A DNA stretch of 64,000 bases from Nitrospirota bacterium (GTDB lineage: Bacteria; Nitrospirota; UBA9217). Location: assembly GCA_963790205.1 (NCBI GenBank), contig CAWBNQ010000003.1:1023022-1087021 (forward strand), in the 5' to 3' direction. Position numbers and translations under genes: made by a program. Below are positions 10,264-20,643 of this stretch, one piece after another. The notes below the pieces were generated by a model, which worked only from the letters and a program-made list of their open reading frames with translations, was not told where the DNA came from and made no database searches. The number at the start of each line of letters is the position of its first letter. Positions within the stretch are counted from its first letter, which is position 1.

Positions 10264-10463
10264 ATGAGAAGAAAAAGCATTATCACCGTGATGATTGCGG
10301 TATTATTGTTAATAACCGTTTCAATTGCTTTTGCAGGACCCTGGAAAGGCTGCGCGAAAGCGGCGGCTGGGGCAGGGGAACGCGGTATAACAGGATGTTC
10401 GATCCGGCAACAATAAAAACAATGCCAGGGACGGTCGAGGCTGTGGACACGATGGCACCCTGA
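10264..10463 (+). pseudogene. Truncated, frameshifted secreted-protein remnant
   Basis: Signal peptide MRRKSIITVMIAVLLLITVSIAFA, then GGWGRGTRYNRMFDPATIKTMPGTVEAVD in another frame and an early stop. Confidence 0.45.
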
Positions 10464-10478
10464 AGGAGGTGGCGGAGC

Positions 10479-10694
10479 ATGAAAGTAGCGCTGTTTAAGG
10501 TGGATAAAAATCTTTGCGCGGAGTGTTCCCTTGCGCTCAGGCGGTTCATCGGCGGCATGGACGGCGTGAAATCCATCGATGTGGAACAGGGGAGCATCGC
10601 CGTCAGGTTCGACGAGACCGAGATCGATGAGGAAAAACTTTCGAAGATATCAAAGGACAGTATCGAGCGGCTCGGGTACAGGGTCGAGGAGTAG
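10479..10694 (+). CDS. Heavy-metal-associated (HMA)-like small protein
   Basis: 71 aa with CAEC, GVKSIDV..VRFD..IERLGY; AGGAGG RBS; lies upstream of the Cu ATPase. Confidence 0.7.
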   Translation: MKVALFKVDKNLCAECSLALRRFIGGMDGVKSIDVEQGSIAVRFDETEIDEEKLSKISKDSIERLGYRVEE

Positions 10695-10919
10695 CGTTGG
10701 CGATATTTGACCTGGCCGGAAAACCGGCAGAAGACACGGAAGGCCCGCGTTCCGCTGATATGCGTCGGGAAGGGAAGACGGTGAAAGAGAGAATATTTAA
10801 ATTTTAGATACCCGGCCTGACCGGTGCAGGCAAAGAGCCCAGCTTATGCCAGATAAAAAAACTTGGGCACGCCACAACCATGACGAACGGTGTCGCTTTA
10901 GCGACGATTGGAGGAGGCG

Positions 10920-13333
10920 ATGAAGGTCAAAGATCCTGTATGCGGAATGACTATAGAAGCTTCTGATGCTGCAGCCGTCTCTCTCTATAAAGGTACGACC
11001 TATCACTTCTGCTCTTCATCCTGCAAAGAGGATTTTGCCAAAGACCCGGAATCTTACCTCACGGTAAAGGGCGGACGTTCCCTCAAAACCATCGAGCCGA
11101 AACCCGGCGGGAAATTCACTTGCCCCATGCACCCTGATATCAGGCAAGCCGGCCCCGGCTCCTGTCCCAAGTGCGGCATGGCCCTGGAGCCGGTCGAGCC
11201 GACTGTTACTTCATCCAAAACCGAATGGACCTGTCCGATGCATCCGGAGATCGTGCGCGACGCGGCGGGAACGTGCCCGATCTGCGGCATGGCGCTCGAA
11301 CCGAAAACGATCACCGCCGGGGAGCAAGAGAACCCCGAACTCATCGACATGACCCGCCGGTTCAAGATCAGCGTTGTTCTATCCATTCCGCTGGTCTACA
11401 TAACCATGGGTAGCTTGATTCCGGCGATCTCGCCGGAGAAGTTCATTTCCCGGGAGATGCTGAAGTGGCTGGAACTGATCCTGGCAACCCCGGTTGTGCT
11501 GTGGGGCGGCTGGCCGTTTTTCGTGCGCGGGTGGAAGTCGGTCATTACCTGGAACCCCAACATGTTCACCCTGATCGGCCTGGGCGTGGCCATTTCGTAT
11601 GTCTACAGCCTCGTTGCGGCGCTCATACCGGGCATGTTCCCCGCTGCTTTCCGCGGGGCTCACGGAGAAGTGGCGACCTATTTCGAGGCTGCAGCCGTTA
11701 TCACGACCCTGGTGCTTCTTGGCCAGGTCCTCGAGCTGCGGGCACGGAGCAAGACGGGCGCCGCGATCAAGGCCCTGCTCGGGCTTGCGCCGAAGACCGC
11801 GCGCCGCGTGAAGGACGGGACGGAAGAGGATGTCCCGCTCGAACAGGTGCATGCCGGAGATCTCCTGCGCGTGCGGCCCGGTGAAAAGGTCCCCGTGGAC
11901 GGCACCGTCGTGGAGGGAACCAGCAGCGTGGACGAATCCATGATCACCGGCGAACCGATCCCCGTGGAAAAACACTGCGGGCGACCGCGTTGTGGGCGCC
12001 ACGGTAAACGGGACCGGATCGTTGATCATGCGGGCCGAGAAGGTCGGCTCCGAGACGCTGCTCGCGCAGATCGTGCATATGGTGGCCGAGGCCCAGCGGA
12101 GCCGGGCGCCGATCCAGAAGCTGGCGGACATCATCGCCGGGTATTTCGTGCAGATCGTGGTCTCGATCGCGGTCATAACCTTTATCGTGTGGGCCTGGTT
12201 CGGGCCGGAGCCCCGCTTTGTCTATGCTCTCGTGAACGCCGTCGCGGTGCTGATCATCGCATGCCCCTGCGCCCTGGGGCTCGCGACGCCCGTGTCCATC
12301 ATGGTCGCCATGGGCAAGGGCGCCACAGGCGGCGTACTGTTCAAGAACGCCGAAGCCATCGAACTGATGAGAAAAGTGGACACCCTTGTGGTGGATAAGA
12401 CCGGAACGCTTACTGTGGGAAAGCCGAAATTGAATTTTGTGGTTTCGAATGACGGATACGACGAGAAGTCCCTGCTTCTTTATGCTTCAAGCATCGAGCG
12501 CGGGAGCGAACATCCCCTTGCGGCAGCCATCGTTGCAGGCGCACAAGCAAAAGGCGTTAGCCCGAAAAATGCGGGATCCTTCCAATCCAGTGACCGGAAA
12601 GGGGGTCACCGGCAGGGTGGACAGCCATGCAGTCGCACTCGGCAATCGCGCGCTTCTCGACGAGCTGCGGATCGACCCCGGCGGATTATCCGGAAAGGCC
12701 GAAGAGATGCGGAAGGACGGCCAGACCGTGATGTTCGTTGCCATTGACGGAAAAGCAGCCGGGCTTCTGGGAGTGGCTGATCCGATAAAAGAAACAACGC
12801 TCGAAGCAGTCAAGTATCTTCATGCGGACGGCATCCGCATCGTGATGCTTACGGGCGATAACAAGACCACCGCTGAAACGGTCGCAAGGAAACTGGGGAT
12901 CGATGACGTGGTCGCGGAAGTGCTGCCGGACCAGAAAGCCGAGGTCGTGAAAAAACTCCAGGCCGAAGGCCGGTTCGTCGCAATGGCAGGCGACGGGATC
13001 AACGACGCGCCCGCTCTGGCCCAGGCCCAAGTGGGCATCGCCATGGGGACCGGCACGGACGTTGCCATGGAGAGCGCGGGCGTCACACTCGTGAAGGGCG
13101 ACCTTCGCGGGATCCTGCGGGCGCGGCTCCTCTCGCGGGCCACGATGAAAAACATCAAGCAGAACCTGTTCTTCGCCTTCGTGTACAACTCCCTGGGCAT
13201 TCCCGTTGCAGCGGGAGTGCTCTACCCGTTCCTCGGCATCCTGCTGAGTCCCATCTTTGCGGCTGCGGCTATGAGCTTCAGTTCGGTATCGGTGATCGGG
13301 AATGCTCTGCGGCTCCGGAGAGCGCGGATATGA
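10920..13333 (+). CDS. copA: Cu(I)-translocating P1B ATPase with YHS and two CPMHP domains; two +1 frameshifts near 11973 and 12588
   Basis: KDPVCGM/YHFCS, two TCPMHP..CPxCGM, CPC, DKTGT, SEHP, GDGIND, YN and MSFSS motifs spread over three frames. Confidence 0.88.
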
Positions 13334-13834
13334 GCGAGGGAGGCATGATGCATTTCTTCACCGGCCGAACTCGACTGCGGAGGATTATGCTGCGAAGAAA
13401 GTATTCGATTCGCATTATCTCGCGGATCAAACCGGAGGCCGGTCAAATTGATGCCCGACCCTCCATCGTCAATAACTTTTGGTATACTGGATATATAAAA
13501 TCATACTCTGCTTCAGAGAACAGACAGGGACCTCAAACTAAAAGCATTGCCCTATCCATCCGTTGAAAACTGTCGGAGTGACTTCCTTTGCAGTCTGGTT
13601 TATAATCATGGACATCGGGCGCAGCGGCTCACAAAATACAAAACCCCTCTTCACGTACGCGGTAATAACCGGAGGGGACATGACTGTCGTGTTGGCAGTA
13701 CTACCATTCTATCCTCTCTTTAGAGGTGTGATGGAAACGGGCATGAACCGTTCACCATCCTGCCGGGGCGGGATCTGTAAGGAAACGGCGGGCAACCCCC
13801 GCGGGGAACTGGTCCCGCATGCGAGGCTGAGACC

Positions 13835-14566
13835 ATGAATAAGGTGTGTCGTGTATTTGTACTCTGTTGGGCAGCGGTATTTGTCCTGTGCGGGGCGGAC
13901 GCGCGCGCGGAGCAGAGGCCGGGGGCCTGCGTAACATGCCACGAATTTCTTGGCGGCGCGCTTGCGCTGCCCGTTGCGGAGTGGAACACTTCGATCCATC
14001 AGCAGAATGGGATAACCTGCGATCTCTGCCACGGAGGAAATGCAAGCGTTGATGTGGGGAACGTCCGGGATCTTGCCGGGCAGGAGTTTGCGGACAGGAT
14101 GTCGCAGGCAATGTCGCCATCCCGGGGCTTCATCGGCAAGCCATCAGGCGGGAAACTGTTCGGCCTGTGCGGTCGGTGCCACAGCGCATCCGTAGACCGG
14201 TACTCAAAGAGCATCATGGGCAGGGCCTATCTTGAGAATAAAGGCGGGCCCTCCTGCGTTACGTGCCACCATGCACACCGCAACGCCATGCCCGAGGTGC
14301 CCAGGGTCTGTGAAAGCTGCCATAAGGATACGGCGGGGTTCGACCAGATCGACCCGATGGACGTGACCGCCTCAACGGTGAACGCGTTGTCGGGCATACG
14401 GATCAAGCTCGCCCAGGCGAAAACGATCGGCAAGGAGCCGCCGTTCATACCCGAGTTTCCCGAGGACCTCGGTGCCTTCCAAATAGGATTCGTCGCATTC
14501 GGCGCGGTGCTCGTTCTGTTCGGCATCGGCTATCTTGTATACGTCGTACTGGAACGGAGGGGATGA
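13835..14566 (+). CDS. Pentaheme cytochrome c with C-terminal membrane anchor
   Basis: Signal peptide; CVTCH, CDLCH, CGRCH, CVTCH, CESCH; C-terminal hydrophobic helix. Confidence 0.88.
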   Translation: MNKVCRVFVLCWAAVFVLCGADARAEQRPGACVTCHEFLGGALALPVAEWNTSIHQQNGITCDLCHGGNASVDVGNVRDLAGQEFADRMSQAMSPSRGFIGKPSGGKLFGLCGRCHSASVDRYSKSIMGRAYLENKGGPSCVTCHHAHRNAMPEVPRVCESCHKDTAGFDQIDPMDVTASTVNALSGIRIKLAQAKTIGKEPPFIPEFPEDLGAFQIGFVAFGAVLVLFGIGYLVYVVLERRG

Positions 14567-14567
14567 T

Positions 14568-14831
14568 ATGAGCTTTGAGATCATACAGGAAAAGAGGCCT
14601 GCCTATCCGAAGGCCGCCATGATCGCGGTCCTGGTCCTGTCAATCCTGCTTCTCGGCGCCGGCGGCGCGTTCGCCTATTTCATGGTGTCCGGAGAGGGAA
14701 ATGACTACCTTTGGGGCACCCTGCTGGCCTCCGAGTTCCTGATCGCAGGCATTGAGATCCTTCTCTTTGCACGTTATTTTATTCCCTTCAGGGAGGTATC
14801 GGAGGACCGCGAGGAGGAGTTGCTATGGTAG
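14568..14831 (+). CDS. Small two-helix membrane protein, likely an accessory subunit of the Rieske/cyt b complex
   Basis: 87 aa with two hydrophobic segments; tightly coupled to both neighbours; GGAGG RBS. Confidence 0.65.
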   Translation: MSFEIIQEKRPAYPKAAMIAVLVLSILLLGAGGAFAYFMVSGEGNDYLWGTLLASEFLIAGIEILLFARYFIPFREVSEDREEELLW

Positions 14832-15439
14832 ACGGGAACGCGGGGAACGGGGGCAATAAGGATGGCATCACCCGGAGGAGGTTCACCCTCGGGATGCTCG
14901 TTGCGTCTATCGCAGGCGCCTTCGGGTCTCTTGTCGCCCTGCTCAAAGTGCTGGCTCCCGAAAAGAAGGGCGGAGGCTATTTAACGACCATTAAACCGGG
15001 TGACGGGCTTGTGTATGCCCAGGGAGGCAATGCGGGGGCAGCCATCGCTGCTTCGTCGATGAAGGCGGGCGACGCCGTGCTCGCCTATCCCACGGGCAAG
15101 TCATCGAACCCCGCAAACCTCGTCCAGTTGATCAAACTGGAGGAGAAAGCATTCGAACCTCCCACCGACATGGCACTGACGGACCAGGGGTTCGTGGCCT
15201 ACAGCGCCATCTGCACCCATCTCGGCTGCACCGTCTCCTGGATGGCAAACAAGGAATCACCCGCTGCGTCGTTCACGGAATGCTACTGCCACAACAGCAT
15301 TTTCAATCCTGCCCAAGGGGCGAAGGTCATGGGCGGGCCCGCGCCGATCCCGCTCGCGCAGATCGGAGTGAAGGTGATGCAGGACGGAACGCTTGCCTTT
15401 ACGAGCGATTTCAACGGCCCGATCGGGCCGCAGGTATAG
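14825..15439 (+). CDS. Rieske 2Fe-2S subunit of a Rieske/cytochrome b complex
   Basis: TAT-like TRRRF plus TM helix; CTHLGC and CYCHNS boxes; GGPAPIPL. Confidence 0.92.
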   Translation: MVDGNAGNGGNKDGITRRRFTLGMLVASIAGAFGSLVALLKVLAPEKKGGGYLTTIKPGDGLVYAQGGNAGAAIAASSMKAGDAVLAYPTGKSSNPANLVQLIKLEEKAFEPPTDMALTDQGFVAYSAICTHLGCTVSWMANKESPAASFTECYCHNSIFNPAQGAKVMGGPAPIPLAQIGVKVMQDGTLAFTSDFNGPIGPQV

Positions 15440-15456
15440 GGAGGCGAGGACACGCC

Positions 15457-16710
15457 ATGATCTTCAAATGGTTCGATGAACGGCTGGAGCTTAGAAAGTT
15501 CAAGGAGAAGTTCCTGAGCAAAACATTCCCGACCCACCCCACGTTCCTGCTCGGAGAAACGGCGTTGTTCTCCTTCATTACCCTTGTCGCAACAGGCGTC
15601 TTTCTCGGATTTCTCTATGAGCCTTCAACCACGATGGTGTCCCTCTTCGGGGCGATGGTCCCGGCAGCCTATGCGAGCGTGGTGAGAATAGATCTCCTCC
15701 CCATGGGACTGGTCATCAGACGCATCCATCACTGGTCGGCAATGATCATGATCGCCGCCATACTCGCGCATCTCCTGAGGATCTACTTTACCGCGTCCTA
15801 CCGGAAACCGCGGGAGGTCAACTGGCTCGTGGGGCTCAGCTTGTGGGGCACGGCCATGGTCGCGGCGTTCACCGGCTATTTGCTGCCCTACAGTCAGTTC
15901 TCGGTGACCGCCACGTCCATTGCCTATTATATGGCAAAGTCGGTGCCATGGGTCGGGGAATGGACGTCCCGGCTTCTCTTTGCCGGCGACTTCCCTTCGG
16001 ACGGGACCGTCCCCCGTTTTTTCTTCATGCATGTCATGCTGATTCCAGCCGTACTGGCCAGTCTCATCGGTCTGCACATGCTCATCCTGGTCAAGCAGAA
16101 GCACACGGAGCCCCGGTCCAACAAGGCCCGAAGGGAGGCGCAGGGCGGGAAGAGGCTCATCGGCATCCCGATCTGGCCGGAACAGGGCGTCATCAGCCTG
16201 TCGTTTTACCTGTTTTTACTGTTCGTGGTCGTGACCATGGCGACGTATATCCCCTTGAACCCGATAGAAACGTACGGCCCGCCGTCGCCGGGAACTCCCG
16301 TGATGAGGCCTGACTGGTATTTCCTCGTCGTGTACGGTTTCCTGAAGCTCGTGCCCGGCTACCTGTCCTTTTCAATCCTGGGAGGGAAGATCACGCCCGA
16401 GACCATCGGCGGCGTCATCTTTCCCGCATCCACCTTCGTTGTGTATGCATTGATCCCTTTCCTCGACCGGTCAAAGGAACCGCAGCACTATATGGAAAAT
16501 CCGCTCCACAGGCCCTTCATGACCTCGTTAGGCATCGGGGGGATTGTTTTCCTCTGCATGATGGTCGTGGCCGGCTACATAGACGTGCTCCATATCACGC
16601 CGAAGGCAATGACGACCTATGCGATCTTCGCAACGGCGGCGGCCTGGGGTCTCAGCTACGCGTTGTTGCGCCGGTACAACAGAAAGAGAGGCAACAATGA
16701 CAAAGCTTGA
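15457..16710 (+). CDS. Cytochrome b subunit (unsplit) of a Rieske/cytochrome b complex
   Basis: RRIHHWSA..LAH, YRKPREVNW, FTGYLLP, FFMH..LIGLH and Qo motif PDWY. Confidence 0.92.
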   Translation: MIFKWFDERLELRKFKEKFLSKTFPTHPTFLLGETALFSFITLVATGVFLGFLYEPSTTMVSLFGAMVPAAYASVVRIDLLPMGLVIRRIHHWSAMIMIAAILAHLLRIYFTASYRKPREVNWLVGLSLWGTAMVAAFTGYLLPYSQFSVTATSIAYYMAKSVPWVGEWTSRLLFAGDFPSDGTVPRFFFMHVMLIPAVLASLIGLHMLILVKQKHTEPRSNKARREAQGGKRLIGIPIWPEQGVISLSFYLFLLFVVVTMATYIPLNPIETYGPPSPGTPVMRPDWYFLVVYGFLKLVPGYLSFSILGGKITPETIGGVIFPASTFVVYALIPFLDRSKEPQHYMENPLHRPFMTSLGIGGIVFLCMMVVAGYIDVLHITPKAMTTYAIFATAAAWGLSYALLRRYNRKRGNNDKA

Positions 16711-17452
16711 TGGCGGTCTCGTTTGCGCCCTTCTCCTGTGCGGCGCATTCATAGTTGCCGCGCCGGCCTATGCCGCCGGCGATAAAAAAACCGGGAATTC
16801 CTGCGTTGCTTGCCATTCCGGACTTCCGGGCAGCAGTTTCGTGGGCGCAAAGTCACACAGTTGGAAAGGATCGGTCCACCAGAAGCACGGAGTGACCTGC
16901 GACAAATGCCATGGAGGCGATCCCCGCGCTCACGGGCAGCAAGAGGCCCATACCGGGGTCCTCGCTTCCAGCGATCCTCAAAGCTCGGTTTACTTCAAGA
17001 ATATTCCGACAACCTGCGGCAAGTGCCACGGAGCCGAGTTCTATAAATTCACCCAAAGCCTGCATTACAAAAGGCTTGAATCGGAGGGAAAGGGCCCCGA
17101 ATGCGTAACGTGCCACGGCTCGATGGTCACCGGTATTTTAACGCCCGACACCATTGCGGCCGTGTGCGAGCGGTGTCATAACTCGCGGATGGGGGTCTTC
17201 CCCTATGTGCCGGAAAAAGCAAAGGCGGTATTGCTCTTGCTGAAGCAGAGCAGCGCCCTTCTCAATGCGGATGCGAAGCTTTACCATCCTGCCGAAGGCA
17301 CTGAAAAAGCCAGGGCCCTGCGCGATGCCCGGTCATACCTCCACTCCGCCATGCTGGATTGGCACAAATTCGACCTGGACACGATCATCGCCGATCTGCA
17401 GGACCTGTACAATTCCGTGAACAAACTGTCTCCTGGAAACCCGCAACAATAA
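16697..17452 (+). CDS. Periplasmic pentaheme cytochrome c
   Basis: Signal peptide (APAYA); CVACH, CDKCH, CGKCH, CVTCH, CERCH. Confidence 0.88.
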   Translation: MTKLDGGLVCALLLCGAFIVAAPAYAAGDKKTGNSCVACHSGLPGSSFVGAKSHSWKGSVHQKHGVTCDKCHGGDPRAHGQQEAHTGVLASSDPQSSVYFKNIPTTCGKCHGAEFYKFTQSLHYKRLESEGKGPECVTCHGSMVTGILTPDTIAAVCERCHNSRMGVFPYVPEKAKAVLLLLKQSSALLNADAKLYHPAEGTEKARALRDARSYLHSAMLDWHKFDLDTIIADLQDLYNSVNKLSPGNPQQ

Positions 17453-17636
17453 GCGGATCATCATACAATTGTGAGACCAGGCATGATCGATGTATTGTAT
17501 CAAATATCTTTATTGCGAAAAGAGGGGATGGCTATGATATAACAAAAAGCGTGGGATGGGCATCTCTGAAGATATTTGAAATTAATCCGTTCAAACAGGA
17601 ATATCTTCTTGAATTATTACGAAAAGGGGAGGACCT

Positions 17637-18086
17637 ATGATTTCAAAGATTCTTGTACCAATAGACGGTTCAAAAGCGTCACAGAAGGCGGCAAAATATG
17701 CGGTCGAGCTAGCGAAGCAGACAGGCGCATCTTTGACGCTGCTGAGTGTCATCGACAATCGCTTCGTTGTCGGTACGGCTGTTTCTGCTTCCGCATCGCC
17801 CACCCATTTAAAAGAGGCTGTCGAAGATTATCTGAAGCAGTCAGCGCAATCCTCCACGGACGAGATAGCAAGAGAATGCAAACGGAATCGCATTCAATAC
17901 AAAGCGACAATAAGGACAGGGCATCCTGTGGAAGAAATTGTGAACGAGGCAACAAAATCAAAAGCTGATTTGATAATTATGGGCTCCCATGGCAAAAGCG
18001 CCCTTAAAGCGGCCGTGCTCGGCAGCATTACGTACGGAGTAATGCACAAGGATACGAAAATCCCTGTACTCATCGTGAGGAGATAA
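17637..18086 (+). CDS. Universal stress protein (UspA family)
   Basis: [36 protein letters not shown]. Confidence 0.93.
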   Translation: MISKILVPIDGSKASQKAAKYAVELAKQTGASLTLLSVIDNRFVVGTAVSASASPTHLKEAVEDYLKQSAQSSTDEIARECKRNRIQYKATIRTGHPVEEIVNEATKSKADLIIMGSHGKSALKAAVLGSITYGVMHKDTKIPVLIVRR

Positions 18087-18123
18087 ATGGAAGGTCTGGA
18101 AAACAGTCCTCACGGCAGGGGAT

Positions 18124-18153
18124 AAAAAAAGGCAAGGCAGCCGCCTTGCCTTT
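18124..18153. terminator. Hairpin between usp and pgm (possible bidirectional terminator)
   Basis: AAAGGCAAGGC-AGCC-GCCTTGCCTTT, an 11-bp perfect stem with a 5' A run. Confidence 0.55.
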
Positions 18154-18165
18154 GAAGGAAACGCT

Positions 18166-19821
18166 ATGAACGTGAGCCCTTTTGCAGGAAAGCCGGCCGA
18201 GCCATCGATGTTCGTCAACGTGCCCAAACTGATCACGGCCTATTATACCGGGGTGCCTGACCCTTCGGTGCCGGAGCAACGGGTTTCCTTCGGCACCTCA
18301 GGGCATCGTGGTTCTGCATTCGAGAAGGCTTTCAATGAACGGCATATCCTCGCCATCACCCAGGCCATTTGCCTTTACCGGGAGCAGAAGAAGATCGACG
18401 GCCCGCTGTTTCTCGGCATGGACACGCACGCCCTTTCCGTGCCTGCTTTTGCCAGCGCCCTGGAAGTTTTGGCGGCCAACGTCGTGGAGGTCATGGTCGC
18501 GGAGAAAGACGAATACACTCCTACTCCCGTTATTTCCCACGCAATTCTCACGTACAACCGCGGGCGCAAGACCGGGCTCGCCGACGGCATTGTCATCACG
18601 CCGTCACACAATCCGCCACATGACGGCGGGTTCAAATATAATCCCCCAAACGGCGGGCCGGCGGAACGCGCCGTCACCGCCTGGATCGAGGCGAAGGCAA
18701 ACGAGTTCCTCGAGAATGACCTTCGGGGTTTGAAAAGGATTTCTTTCGAGAAAGCGATTCATGCCGATACGACGCACCGGCATGATTATCTCAATGCTTA
18801 CATTACTGATCTCGCCAACGTGATCGACATGGACGCTATTCGCGCCGTGAAGATCGGCATGGGAGTCGATCCACTCGGCGGCGCCGGCGTCCACTACTGG
18901 GGGCCGATCGCCGAGCGCTACGGGCTGAACCTCACCGTCGTGAACGATGCCGTAGACCCGACCTTTCGTTTCATGACCGTCGACTGGGACGGCCAGATCC
19001 GCATGGACCCATCATCATCTTACGCAATGCAGCGGATGATCGGCCTGAAGGACCGCTTCGATGTCTCTTTCGCCTGCGACACCGACGCTGATCGGCACGG
19101 CATCGTAACACGCAAGGCCGGATTGATGAACCCTAACCACTACCTTGCGGTCGCCGTTTTCTACCTTTTCCAGCACCGACCGAAGTGGAGCAAGGGTGCG
19201 GCTGTAGGCAAGACGGTGGTGAGCAGCCAGATGATCGATCGTGTCACCGCGAAGCTTGGCCGGCGGCTTTACGAGGTGCCGGTCGGCTTCAAGTGGTTCG
19301 TTGATGGCTTGCTTGACGGTTTGCTTGGCTTCGGTGGCGAAGAGAGCGCGGGCGCTTCATTCCTGCGTCGCGACGGTACCGTCTGGACGACGGACAAGGA
19401 CGGAATCGTCCCGGCTTTGCTGGCTGCGGAGATCACAGCCCGGATGGGCCGCGATCCCGGAGAAATCTACCGCGAACTCACGCGCGAGTTCGGTGAACCT
19501 GCCTATGACCGCGTTGAGGCGCCGGCCACTCCCGAGCAAAAGGAACTGTTGTCGAAACTCTCACCGCGGCAGGTCAAGCTCGCCGAGCTGGCGGGCGAGA
19601 AGATCCAGGCTGTCCTCACCCGCGCTCCGGGCAACGACGCACCCATTGGCGGGTTGAAAGTGGTGACCGGGAACGGATGGTTCGCGGCTCGTCCGTCGGG
19701 GACCGAGAATATCTACAAGATCTATGCTGAGAGCTTTCGTGGAGCCGATCATCTGCGCCGCATCCTGGAAGAAGCGCAGACGATCGTCAGCGATGCATTA
19801 GCTGCTGTGCCACAGCTGTAA
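18166..19821 (+). CDS. pgm: Phosphoglucomutase
   Basis: [35 protein letters not shown]. Confidence 0.96.
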   Translation: MNVSPFAGKPAEPSMFVNVPKLITAYYTGVPDPSVPEQRVSFGTSGHRGSAFEKAFNERHILAITQAICLYREQKKIDGPLFLGMDTHALSVPAFASALEVLAANVVEVMVAEKDEYTPTPVISHAILTYNRGRKTGLADGIVITPSHNPPHDGGFKYNPPNGGPAERAVTAWIEAKANEFLENDLRGLKRISFEKAIHADTTHRHDYLNAYITDLANVIDMDAIRAVKIGMGVDPLGGAGVHYWGPIAERYGLNLTVVNDAVDPTFRFMTVDWDGQIRMDPSSSYAMQRMIGLKDRFDVSFACDTDADRHGIVTRKAGLMNPNHYLAVAVFYLFQHRPKWSKGAAVGKTVVSSQMIDRVTAKLGRRLYEVPVGFKWFVDGLLDGLLGFGGEESAGASFLRRDGTVWTTDKDGIVPALLAAEITARMGRDPGEIYRELTREFGEPAYDRVEAPATPEQKELLSKLSPRQVKLAELAGEKIQAVLTRAPGNDAPIGGLKVVTGNGWFAARPSGTENIYKIYAESFRGADHLRRILEEAQTIVSDALAAVPQL

Positions 19822-19846
19822 GATAAAATACATTTGGAGGAAAACC

Positions 19847-20362
19847 ATGAACGAACAAAAAGGGACAGGCACAAATATAGAAGCTTTGATGGACATGCTG
19901 GCAAGCAAGGACGGCGTGATCCGGCAGAAAGCACGGGAAGCGTTGGTGGCACAGGGTAAACCCGCCGTATCTTCCCTTATCCAGGCATTGCAGAATTCCA
20001 GACTGGATCAAGTTCGCTGGGAAGCAGCCAAAGCGCTCGGAAGTATCAACGATACCAGATCGCTGCCATCGTTGGTGAAAGCACTCGAAGACAGCAACCA
20101 TGACGTGGCATGGCTGGCTGCAGACGCATTGAAAACCTACAGAATGGCCGCCTGGCCGCCATTATTACAGGCGTTGATCAGAAGCGGGTCGGATCCTGTA
20201 GAATTGCGCAAGGGGGCGCACCATGTTTTGGTGGACCAGAAAGAGGATGGATTCAACGATCTACTTGCAACGCTCCTAAAGGCTTTAGAATCCAGCTCTG
20301 CTCCGGAATCGTCGTCAGTTGCTGCCCATGAAATCCTTAAAAGAATGAATGTAAAAGCATGA
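19847..20362 (+). CDS. HEAT-repeat protein
   Basis: Repeated VRWEAAKALG / LVKALED..VAWLAADAL units. Confidence 0.85.
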   Translation: MNEQKGTGTNIEALMDMLASKDGVIRQKAREALVAQGKPAVSSLIQALQNSRLDQVRWEAAKALGSINDTRSLPSLVKALEDSNHDVAWLAADALKTYRMAAWPPLLQALIRSGSDPVELRKGAHHVLVDQKEDGFNDLLATLLKALESSSAPESSSVAAHEILKRMNVKA

Positions 20363-20643
20363 ACCTAAAAAGAGCAGTTGAACCACAAAATGCGCACCCT
20401 GCATTCGCGCATGCGCACTCATAAGCGCTCGGCGCAGGCGGGAATCATATAAAAATCAAGTACAGGCGTTTTGAAAAATACCTCATTGATTTGGTGATAA
20501 CTAAAATCGTTTCAACGGCTTGTTTTATCTATGTGACTTATGTGCTTTATGTGGCTAACTGCCGTTTGTTTATAGGATGAACACTCATTCACGCACCAGC
20601 AGCAGCCGGGGATCCCATTCAGGACAAATATGAAGGAGCGGCA

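Noticed and set aside
10920..13333. Three separate genes or programmed frameshifting in copA
   Set aside because: The motifs form one continuous ATPase with two single-base insertions and no slippery sites; read error or recent inactivation is more likely.
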